From Chloroflexota bacterium (GTDB lineage Bacteria; Chloroflexota; Dehalococcoidia; Dehalococcoidales; JAFGLR01): a DNA stretch of 50,149 bases. A program made the translations under genes and the position numbers. Below, in pieces: positions 1 through 8,238 of the stretch. Location of the stretch: contig JACQTX010000187.1 in the NCBI GenBank assembly GCA_016210585.1, positions 1-50,149 on the forward strand. Reading direction: 5' to 3'. A model generated the notes under the pieces. It saw only the letters and a program-made list of their open reading frames with translations, was not told the origin of the DNA and searched no databases. Within the stretch, counting starts at the first letter, position 1; every line of letters begins with the position of its first letter.

Positions 1-36
1 ATAGTATATAGCTTCCAGACATCTTTTCAATCACGC

Positions 37-111
37 TCCCCGATAGCTCAATGGTAGAGCGGGCGGCTGTTAACCGCTAGGTTCTAGGTTCGAGCCCTAG
101 TCGGGGAGCCA
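37..111 (+). tRNA. tRNA-Asn (anticodon GTT), CCA encoded
   Basis: Hand-folded cloverleaf. Acceptor TCCCCGA(37-43)/TCGGGGA(101-107). D stem GCTC/GAGC. Anticodon stem GGCGG/CCGCT with loop CTGTTAA (GTT at 69-71). T stem CTAGG/CCTAG with loop TTCGAGC. Discriminator G108, CCA 109-111. Confidence 0.9.
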
Positions 112-384
112 GTTTATCAATAGACAGAACTTCCTTTGTGGTGGTCAACCGGCTTCTCGCTATTGGCGTAGCATAATGGATAACTACTTGAGATTCGTTG
201 AGTTCGATCCTTTTTATGAAGGATCATAAAGGTCAAGGCTGACGGGAAGCCGGGCAACCCGCCGTCATCAATGCCTTCGTACATTATGATGGAACGTCAT
301 TTTCCTTAGCTTCGGCCCAGCTTTAGCAGGTGTTAAAGACGGGTCAGGCTGCCGTACCTGGCACTACACAATCTTAACTTTTGT

Positions 385-2463
385 TCACCGCCTTCGTAGG
401 CAAAAGACCAGCCCCGCCAGTGCCAGGATAGAGACAACGTATCCGGTTACGTGGACGGCAAACCGCTTATAGACTATCACCTTACCCGTTACAGACCGGG
501 TATTGAACACATTGGTTACGCCCATGTTCTTGAGCGGCTCGGCCCCGTCCAGCCGCCAGCTAGCATTGTATGGCTCTGTGAAAATGACATACCTCTTTGA
601 TGGTTCTGCCTCCAGCACATATTTGCCCGGCGTGACCCTGGTGTAGGGTAGCTGGTGGCTCTCTGATGGCACCATGCTCAAGCTTGAAGGCTCCCCGATG
701 AGATAAACAGCATCGTTAATGTCTTGTTGCTGACTTATGTCCAGTAATTCATCCCAGTCCTTCACCACCGAGAGCTGGTCAACCTCATAAAGCTTGGCGG
801 TCGGGTGCTTGTTCCGCAGCAGGTATAGGTTCTCGGTCTCCTTGACTAACTCCAGATCCTTCTGGTCAAAAAGGAAGGAGTATTCCTTGTAGTCCACCTC
901 TTTGGCCAGGATAATATATTTGACGTTAAGCGGGGCGACCAGCTCACCGAAATTGTCCATGTCTTTACGTTTGTCCAGCAGGAAACTGATATAGTGCTGG
1001 ACAGGGTCGCCCGACTGGGTGGGTATGCCTGGCACCTCAATGTTTTCGCCGCGGATAACGCTCTTATCGAAGAAGCTCGCGGCGGGGTTATCCGTTCTCT
1101 TGTCCTTGTTCGGCACCCATTTGAAGTCCATGTACCAGTGCCATGGGAAGAAAAGCACCTTGAAGTCCTCCTTATCCTGGTTCAAGGTATCATTTACCGC
1201 ATACCAGTCACGCGGGTAGTCCACGGGTCTAAGCTGTCCCCAGAAGCCGCCAAACAAGGGCAGGGCATAAACGATAGGCGTAATCAGGGCCAGAGTCACC
1301 AGCGAGACAGGCGCGATTTTCGCCCGCAGCTTACGCAGATCCCCAAAGCTATTCTTGAGCTGGGTGAGCCCCATGCCGCCGAGATAAGCGTAGGCCAATA
1401 CCAGCAAAGCCACAAACTTCTGGGAATCACGGAAGCCGCTGAAGAGCGGCACGTGGTCAAAGAGGTAATTGAATGCCGAGGCAAACGGGCCGCTGGCGCC
1501 TGTGGCCAGAAAAAGCGCCACTAGCCAGATAGTAGCAAAGGCCTTGCTATGGCTGCTTCTGAAGCCAGTAACGAGGCCGTAAACGCCCAAAAAGAGGATG
1601 ACCAGAAAAAAGACCTGCCACATCGGAATAATGTCTTTGGCATAGATATAGCCCTCGCGCCAGAAGCCATGAAGTGAGGCTACGCTGAAGGCTGTATTGA
1701 AACCGCTGACGGGGCGTGGCGCGAAGACCGGGACATCACTGGCACTGATGCCCGCGACTGGACTGGTGCCGGCTGTAAGTGCTGGCAGCAGCCAGTAGAA
1801 ACTGAGCAAAAAGAACCCTATGCCGCCCAGCAGCGTGAACTTGAATAGGGAAGAGAGTTCCGGTTTCTTGAATACACTGGCAACCTTGAAGATAAAGAGA
1901 ACGAGGTAGACCAGCAGGGTCATAATCAGCACTTGGATATTGAATACGGCTACTAGAGCCGTGCCCAGTACCAGAAGCACAGCCCGCCGGATACCGGGGG
2001 TATCCAGGAAACGAATAAAAAGGAGAACCGCCAGGGGAATCACCGCGTAGCTCAGCAGCAGGGCAAACTGTCCCACGAGGACGCGCGCGTAAAGGAAGGG
2101 GTTTACCATGTAGAGCAGGCCGGCGAAGTACTTACCGACCTGTCCCGCCGGGCAAAGCTTATGGGCAGAAATCCCGGACACGTAAATCACCGCGAATAGC
2201 ACGATTTTCTGGATAATCCACGCCGGCATGGTGAAGTTCAGAATCGTCTCGACAAACAAGAAGGGTAAGCCGCTCCGTATCTGGGTGAAGGACTCCTTCA
2301 AGCCGTAAAGACTTTCGCCAATGTGGAAATGAGTCCGCCACGCCATATCGAGGGAAAAGACATAGCCCGGTAGCAGCAGCCCGTCCATGATTATCAGAGC
2401 TAACGCTGCGTAGAAGACCAGGTAGAAGTATTTCCAGCCGAGGACTTTGCGGAGAGTCGTCAT
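385..2463 (-). CDS. Large polytopic membrane protein (692 aa), putative GT-C-type glycosyltransferase with extracytoplasmic C-domain and C-terminal TM anchor
   Basis: About 400 N-terminal residues are made of many hydrophobic helices. A hydrophilic domain of about 270 aa follows. The protein ends in a hydrophobic helix (VTGYVVSILALAGLVFCLRRR). The start ATG forms an ATGA overlap with the flippase stop (2460-2463). It is the last gene of the glycan operon. The fold assignment is inferred, not motif-proven. Confidence 0.55.
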   Translation of the reverse strand: MTTLRKVLGWKYFYLVFYAALALIIMDGLLLPGYVFSLDMAWRTHFHIGESLYGLKESFTQIRSGLPFLFVETILNFTMPAWIIQKIVLFAVIYVSGISAHKLCPAGQVGKYFAGLLYMVNPFLYARVLVGQFALLLSYAVIPLAVLLFIRFLDTPGIRRAVLLVLGTALVAVFNIQVLIMTLLVYLVLFIFKVASVFKKPELSSLFKFTLLGGIGFFLLSFYWLLPALTAGTSPVAGISASDVPVFAPRPVSGFNTAFSVASLHGFWREGYIYAKDIIPMWQVFFLVILFLGVYGLVTGFRSSHSKAFATIWLVALFLATGASGPFASAFNYLFDHVPLFSGFRDSQKFVALLVLAYAYLGGMGLTQLKNSFGDLRKLRAKIAPVSLVTLALITPIVYALPLFGGFWGQLRPVDYPRDWYAVNDTLNQDKEDFKVLFFPWHWYMDFKWVPNKDKRTDNPAASFFDKSVIRGENIEVPGIPTQSGDPVQHYISFLLDKRKDMDNFGELVAPLNVKYIILAKEVDYKEYSFLFDQKDLELVKETENLYLLRNKHPTAKLYEVDQLSVVKDWDELLDISQQQDINDAVYLIGEPSSLSMVPSESHQLPYTRVTPGKYVLEAEPSKRYVIFTEPYNASWRLDGAEPLKNMGVTNVFNTRSVTGKVIVYKRFAVHVTGYVVSILALAGLVFCLRRR

Positions 2464-3977
2464 AGCACGTTGTTGAGCCGGACAACCATCCGCCTCATCA
2501 GCAAACCACAGCTCTTCAGGAACACGTTATCCGGCAACGCACCCAACAGGATATCAGCATCCTGCTCCTTGAACAGCTTCAAGATCATGAGCACCAGCAC
2601 GTATATTAAGCCGGCACCCACAATGTTTGCCAGTGTCACTAACCGGCCAGGCGCCGGCAGCAGCCATAATAGAGCGCCCAGGACACCCATGGCCACGAGC
2701 ATTGACAGCACCCCTCTGACCTTGACCTTGAGACCGAACATCTGCTGATATACATATCCCAGGATACTAAGGCTGACAAAAGCGGCGATGGCGGCCGCAC
2801 CGGCGGCTCCCGTGATGCCAAAGCGCGGTATCAATACCGGTAGCAGACCTATCTGGACTATGGCTGAAATGGCGAGGACTAACGCCGGTACCCAGGGTCT
2901 GCCGATGCCCTGCAAAACGACACCGATTATGTTGCTGAAACAGAAAAGACCGGTGCCAATGGCTAGTATTGTCAAAGCTGGTGCACTCTGCAAATACGTA
3001 TCAGGATAGAGGAGCCGGATTAGTTCTGCTGGCTGGATGGCTATTATGACACTCAACGGCAAGACGAAAAGGGCTGTATACTTTAGCATCTGTCCGGCAT
3101 AGGCTCCGGCCCCTTTTTTCTCAAACCTCGAGACGAAAGGCAGCAGCACCATCGTCACCGCCCCTGTGACATAAAACGGCACCTTGCCAATGACCAACAC
3201 TGCCTGATAATACCCGGCGGACTCGTTGGCAATGTCACCCTCGGTCAGGAGCTTAACGCCCAGGATGTCAGCGTTCTGCATTGCAAGCATTGCCAGAGCG
3301 ACTAGAAGCATAGGAAAACCGTAGCTGAACACCCTGCGTTCTAATTTCCAGCCGCCCTTCCAGAATTTGACATCACGAAGAAAAACACTCGCCAAAATGA
3401 GGGCTAACATTGCTCCCACGAAATAGCCACCGAATGCCCCCGAGACACCATAGCCGAGGTAAACCAGCCCCACACCTACGAAGAGTTTTATCATTTCGCT
3501 GGTTGCTTCAATGGTGCCCCGTGCTTTAAACCGAAAGGAGCCTACCAGAGCACCGAAATATACTGACCGTAGGGCGATAACCAATATTGTGCTGATAATG
3601 ATAAGAACCACAGTGAAGTACGTTTTGTCACCGGGCATAAATACCCGGTAAAGAATAAAGAAAATTCCAGATGCCAAAACTCCCGTAAGCACGTTACCCA
3701 AAAGGGAGCTCCGAAAAATGAGTGACCTCCGTTCTTCAGCGCAACCCGGCTCGGAAAGCAATTTTGCTGTCGATTGCGGCAAGCCACGCATCAGAAAAAT
3801 GGTCAGTATGTTGAGAATAGCCATCGCGATCCCATAGATGCCATATTCCCCAGGCGAGAGCAGCCACCCCAAGCCGATATTGAAACCATAGTTCACCATT
3901 AGTTCGACTAAGGTAGCTAACATTAGTATCAAGCTGCCCCGGGCGGCACTGGCAAGAGAGGCATTGCCTGTGCTCAT
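2460..3977 (-). CDS. MOP-superfamily polysaccharide/oligosaccharide flippase (Wzx-like)
   Basis: 505 aa, about 12-14 hydrophobic helices throughout. The size and layout fit polysaccharide biosynthesis (Wzx/MOP) proteins. ATGA overlaps at both ends (2460-2463, 3974-3977). Confidence 0.7.
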   Translation of the reverse strand: MSTGNASLASAARGSLILMLATLVELMVNYGFNIGLGWLLSPGEYGIYGIAMAILNILTIFLMRGLPQSTAKLLSEPGCAEERRSLIFRSSLLGNVLTGVLASGIFFILYRVFMPGDKTYFTVVLIIISTILVIALRSVYFGALVGSFRFKARGTIEATSEMIKLFVGVGLVYLGYGVSGAFGGYFVGAMLALILASVFLRDVKFWKGGWKLERRVFSYGFPMLLVALAMLAMQNADILGVKLLTEGDIANESAGYYQAVLVIGKVPFYVTGAVTMVLLPFVSRFEKKGAGAYAGQMLKYTALFVLPLSVIIAIQPAELIRLLYPDTYLQSAPALTILAIGTGLFCFSNIIGVVLQGIGRPWVPALVLAISAIVQIGLLPVLIPRFGITGAAGAAAIAAFVSLSILGYVYQQMFGLKVKVRGVLSMLVAMGVLGALLWLLPAPGRLVTLANIVGAGLIYVLVLMILKLFKEQDADILLGALPDNVFLKSCGLLMRRMVVRLNNVL

Positions 3978-5575
3978 ATTTTGCCCAGACCCTTTAGCTT
4001 CCTTATCCTCCCTTTGACCTTTACCTCTTCCCCCTCACACTGATAAACTACTTTTCGTCTAGCCGGTTCACTGTCTTGTTCAAATATGTCTTGCAACACA
4101 CGTCCATCCATGTTTTCCGATACAGGCAGACCCATGAGATGGAGTATGGTAGGTGTCACATCAGTGACATCGGCGCCATCAATCTTTGTCCCCTGTTTAA
4201 TGTCCGGCCCCCAAGCCAAGAAAATGCCACTCGGAGCATGTTTTCCGCTCCAATACCCGTCTTCTGCCAGATGAGTGCTTATCACTTGGTCGCTAAAATT
4301 ACCAAGTAGCCAATTATCCTGCAACTCAAATACTATGTCCAGCGCATTTTTCACATAGGGACCATGATAGATCTCGTCGCGTCTGAAGACATGACTGAAG
4401 ACCTTCTCCCCAGTTTCTGGGTGCCTTAATTCATTTAACTTGTCTATTACGTATGTTAATAAGCTATCATATTCGTTACCTGACTGGACAATACCTTTCG
4501 GATCCCTTTTCCTTAAATTAACTTTCAAACCGTCAGAGGAGAATGGGTAGTACACCTTTGTTCGAGTCAAGTCGATTTGCCTGAGATCAAATGTCTCCGA
4601 AGGAACCATCTCTATCAGCCGCCTAGGTATCGCCTTTAGCAGCCCGTCAATATTTATCTTTCGGGCCAGTCTCTGCATCAGCGGGCTCAGACGTTGCCTT
4701 GTGAAACCCAGTTTCCGAAGTAACTCAACCAGCAATGAACGCTTATTTCGTAACAGCCCAAGGCGCATCAAAAACGTATTTATGTAGAGTCTCTCCTTTA
4801 CAGAGCAAAACCCATGATCGGAGGTCAGGAAAACGGTCGTTGTCTTGTCAACGTGATTCAGCATTTCCGCTATTATACCATCAATCCTTCTATAAGTTTC
4901 GAGGATTGTATCGCCTTGTGTTCGCCCGATATTTTCCCAGTAAAAATGTTGCATCCGGTCGGTCTCGGTAAAAACCACCATTAGAAAGTCCCAGTCGTGT
5001 TCTCTCATCAAGTCTAAACTTGCCTCTGCCCTTTTCCCCAAACCTTGCCAGACTTTTTGGGCATATTCCTCTTCCGAAACACCAATAAGATGGAGACCAG
5101 CATCACCTTCGGCCTCTACTATGTAGCCCTTGGCGATCAGTTCAGCACCTAGAGCAGTAGGATAGGCAAAAGTGCTTTTTTCCCCCGGTGTCCCCATTCC
5201 GCTTACCATGAAACCGTTCACTGGTACAGGAGGATACGTGAGTGGAATATTTACCATCCCGACATTCAATCCGCCAGCGCCCAAATAGTCCCAGATAGCC
5301 CTTGCCTTCAAAGTTTTGTGATTCGTAACAGCAACCCTTTTCGGGTTATCAAAAGAAAAGAAGCCGTAAATATTATGTTTGCCGGGATTTACTCCTGTTA
5401 CCATAGACATCCACCCTGAAGGTGTGCTGGCAGGAATAGTGCTCCTCAAGCTACCCCAGGTTCCTCCTCTTAGCAACCTATCAAAAGCAGGTAGATGCCC
5501 TGCCTCAACGTATTTCAAAATCACGTCCCACGTAGCACCATCCAGACCTATTACCAGGACTTTTCTTGGATTCAT
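3974..5575 (-). CDS. Alkaline-phosphatase superfamily enzyme (type I phosphodiesterase / nucleotide pyrophosphatase-like)
   Basis: The N-terminus KVLVIGLDGATWDVI and a later TSDHGF motif are typical of the AP/NPP superfamily metal site. The start was trimmed to MNPRKVLVIGLDG (ATG 5575). The longest ORF begins at 5626. Confidence 0.65.
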   Translation of the reverse strand: MNPRKVLVIGLDGATWDVILKYVEAGHLPAFDRLLRGGTWGSLRSTIPASTPSGWMSMVTGVNPGKHNIYGFFSFDNPKRVAVTNHKTLKARAIWDYLGAGGLNVGMVNIPLTYPPVPVNGFMVSGMGTPGEKSTFAYPTALGAELIAKGYIVEAEGDAGLHLIGVSEEEYAQKVWQGLGKRAEASLDLMREHDWDFLMVVFTETDRMQHFYWENIGRTQGDTILETYRRIDGIIAEMLNHVDKTTTVFLTSDHGFCSVKERLYINTFLMRLGLLRNKRSLLVELLRKLGFTRQRLSPLMQRLARKINIDGLLKAIPRRLIEMVPSETFDLRQIDLTRTKVYYPFSSDGLKVNLRKRDPKGIVQSGNEYDSLLTYVIDKLNELRHPETGEKVFSHVFRRDEIYHGPYVKNALDIVFELQDNWLLGNFSDQVISTHLAEDGYWSGKHAPSGIFLAWGPDIKQGTKIDGADVTDVTPTILHLMGLPVSENMDGRVLQDIFEQDSEPARRKVVYQCEGEEVKVKGRIRKLKGLGKI

Positions 5576-5703
5576 TCTTCTCCCCGCCTTATACCTTGCA
5601 TGATATGCCATTGCAAAAGCGACCACATACGCGGTACTTGCCTATAGCCAGAGGGACTAATCTCCCATAATAGCAGACCCCAAAAGAAAAACACTGAAAC
5701 AAA

Positions 5704-6960
5704 CTATTCGACTTTAGTGATCTTCTTACTTATCAAATTCCTAATGGCTCCTTTAAGGAGATACCATTCGAATTTCCACTCTAACAAGAATTTTGTTGCC
5801 CTTACATAATCGAACAGTGATTTCGGCTGAACACTAAGCGCATAATTGGGGACTTCTTTACCCAACAGTTTAAGCACACAAATGCGCGCGGGTGCCCTGT
5901 TCTTGAATGAGTAGCCACCCTTTTGCGCTCTTATGGCATCCGCTCTCGACATACGGGTAAGAGTCAAAACCCCTTTAGCTATAGCCTTCTTAATGAATTC
6001 CTCACCCCTAGCGCTCCTCGTTATGAGCATAGATGTGCCAATAGTATCAGTGGCCAGCTCGGGTAGCCAGGCATCCCCAAAGGAGATGTCTGCCAGCTCA
6101 GCGGTGAGGTCACGGCATGTTAAACACCGCCTCGGGACGAAATGTCCAAATACTTGCCCGAAAACGAAGGCGTAAGGCAGGGAGTATCGGACACCGTCAT
6201 CCGTGACAACAGAGAACTTGCCAGGCCATCCCGCACCGCGGTAGGCTACCTCTCTAACTCTTGCCTTTTCAATGCCAAGGCTCGACAAAACAAATTCGGT
6301 GCCTTTGAAACTAACACTGTGGGCACAGAATATGCCCATGTGCAAAGCTATTTTACCATTTATCTTCGAGTTCAGGCGCTCAGCTTTTCTAATACCATGC
6401 AAGTGGCAGGGAAGCCCGACCACGGCAAACCTTCCTTGTTGATGGATTAGCTGTCCAAAAGCCGACCCAAAATGTGTCGGACAATACTTAGACCTTGAGG
6501 CAGCAAGGATATCCTGCTTACTTCGCGCGATAAAAGGCTCCGGAATCAAGGGATTACTATCTTTCATCCTGGTAACCAGAGCACCGTCTATGAGACCTTC
6601 TTCCAGAGCATAAAGTAAAAGAGCCGTAACGGCGCCGCCGGAAGCACCTTGATATCTCACCGCCTGGTCGTTAGCATGGCCGATGTACAGTGCGTTCCAA
6701 TTCCCCAGTAGTTCATCTCTCGGAGACTCTCCCAAAAAGCGCTGGCTCAGGAGGCCGAAATCTACGGACTGTCCAGGGCATATCTTCAGGCAAAGCTCGC
6801 AGCTATTACACGTATTTTCATCAACTTCTGGCACATAAGTTGACTCAGGCCCGATTATCATAGTGATTGCCGCAATTGGACACACGGATTGGCAAATGCC
6901 GCAGCCGTGACACAGCTTTGATCTTACTATCGGTGAAATGTTCTTCAGAGTAGTCTTCAT
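5704..6960 (-). CDS. FrhB/FdhB-like (coenzyme F420 hydrogenase/dehydrogenase beta-subunit family) protein with N-terminal 2x[4Fe-4S] ferredoxin domain
   Basis: Two CxxCxxCxxxCP motifs (CHGCGICQSVCP, CNSCELCLKICP), followed by a flavin/FeS domain of FrhB-like length. The start was trimmed to MKTTLKN (ATG 6960), one nt after the upstream stop (TAGAATG). Confidence 0.65.
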   Translation of the reverse strand: MKTTLKNISPIVRSKLCHGCGICQSVCPIAAITMIIGPESTYVPEVDENTCNSCELCLKICPGQSVDFGLLSQRFLGESPRDELLGNWNALYIGHANDQAVRYQGASGGAVTALLLYALEEGLIDGALVTRMKDSNPLIPEPFIARSKQDILAASRSKYCPTHFGSAFGQLIHQQGRFAVVGLPCHLHGIRKAERLNSKINGKIALHMGIFCAHSVSFKGTEFVLSSLGIEKARVREVAYRGAGWPGKFSVVTDDGVRYSLPYAFVFGQVFGHFVPRRCLTCRDLTAELADISFGDAWLPELATDTIGTSMLITRSARGEEFIKKAIAKGVLTLTRMSRADAIRAQKGGYSFKNRAPARICVLKLLGKEVPNYALSVQPKSLFDYVRATKFLLEWKFEWYLLKGAIRNLISKKITKVE

Positions 6961-6961
6961 T

Positions 6962-8230
6962 CTATTTGGCATTATTCTCCAGGCAATTCCTGACAAGCTC
7001 GCCAACCGCAATTACCTTCTCCTGTACTGCTTTCAGATGTCTGGTTAACGCCTCCCTTATTTCTTGCCGGTTTCGCCAAATATGATTTATCCTGGAGATC
7101 TGGCCAGCAAACTCCATTTTGGCATAGTCGCATATCCAGTTCTCCTGGCCTAGCTCTCGCATTATGCCGTAGGTTTTGTGGCTATAAGCTATAGCTATAG
7201 TTGGGACACCCGATGACAATGCCGCTATATTGGCATGCATGCGCGCTCCCATGAACAAACTGCAACAGCTTATTATACCTTTCAGCTCCTCGGATGAATA
7301 CTCTTTATCTATTAGTATCACTCTGTCTCTTTCTTTAACCTTATCACGGACCAAAGCACCTACAATCCTATCATCGTCATTAGACCGTACTGATGTGGAA
7401 TGAGGGACAAGTATGATAGTTGCATCAAGCGTTTCAATCAGATAATCTATAGTCCTTACCATATTTTGAATATAGCTGTTATCTGAAGGATTGCTGTACT
7501 TAAGGTTAATATGTTGACTTATTGATAGCCCTATGAGAGGTTTATCATTTGGAATCTGTTCAGCCGACAGGATTTCCAGTATTCTTTGCTGTGGAGCCTT
7601 CTCCAGAAGAAAGGCTACATCACTGCTCAGAAAGATAGGGCTCCTAATCCCTATTTTCTTCAGGTAATCATATGTGATGCTTTCCCTGGCAACAACAAAA
7701 GCTGCTCTATTTAACACTGATCGAGCTGCGAATAGGGATATTTTCCGCCGAAATGGTCCGATGGACTGGGGAAACACAATGAGCCGCTTTCCCAGAATGA
7801 TGGCTAACAGCTTCTGAAAAAGACATGAAACAAACATCTGGAACCCGTAATCGTCGGTGAAGCCATCTCCGTAGCCAAGGTCAATTACCACTTCAGCTCG
7901 CATGTATTCTCTCAGTACCTTTTCATCAACCAATTTCGCCATATTGATACCGAAGAGTTTCTTCATTGTCGCCCAGGTCATGGCCCTGAGCAGGCGCCAG
8001 GGCAAGTTGGCAGCCCAAAGGTAAGGATTGCTATCCTTGACCGTCCTCATCTCCTTCGCGTAATAGGTCAGGGGACTTGCCACATCATAGTAATCCGGAA
8101 ACGAATGAAACAGCACAACATCGGTTTCCCCCAGGCATTTCTTCAATAGACCGATTGAAGCACTCGCCAGGGCAACAACTCCCCTGTTACGAGAGTAGAT
8201 TGAAGTGCCTATGAGAAGTATCCTATGCAT
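6962..8230 (-). CDS. Polysaccharide pyruvyl transferase family protein (CsaB/WcaK-like)
   Basis: About 420 aa. N-terminus MHRILLIGTSIYSRNRGVVAL and a C-terminal ARMHANIAALSSGVPTIAIAYSHK segment resemble the PS_pyruv_trans family. Adjacency to an FrhB-like gene is a recurrent pairing. The start was trimmed to ATG 8230. Confidence 0.65.
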   Translation of the reverse strand: MHRILLIGTSIYSRNRGVVALASASIGLLKKCLGETDVVLFHSFPDYYDVASPLTYYAKEMRTVKDSNPYLWAANLPWRLLRAMTWATMKKLFGINMAKLVDEKVLREYMRAEVVIDLGYGDGFTDDYGFQMFVSCLFQKLLAIILGKRLIVFPQSIGPFRRKISLFAARSVLNRAAFVVARESITYDYLKKIGIRSPIFLSSDVAFLLEKAPQQRILEILSAEQIPNDKPLIGLSISQHINLKYSNPSDNSYIQNMVRTIDYLIETLDATIILVPHSTSVRSNDDDRIVGALVRDKVKERDRVILIDKEYSSEELKGIISCCSLFMGARMHANIAALSSGVPTIAIAYSHKTYGIMRELGQENWICDYAKMEFAGQISRINHIWRNRQEIREALTRHLKAVQEKVIAVGELVRNCLENNAK

Positions 8231-8238
8231 ACGAACCT

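Noticed and set aside
160-240. tRNA-like fragment downstream of tRNA-Asn (GTAG-CATAATGGATAA-CTAC and GTTCGATCC resemble D and T arms)
   Set aside because: I could not build an anticodon stem (TGAGA has no complement) or an acceptor stem. The GATCC...GGATC pairing forms a simple hairpin instead. It does not match the tRNA-Asn 3' end, so it is not an att duplicate.
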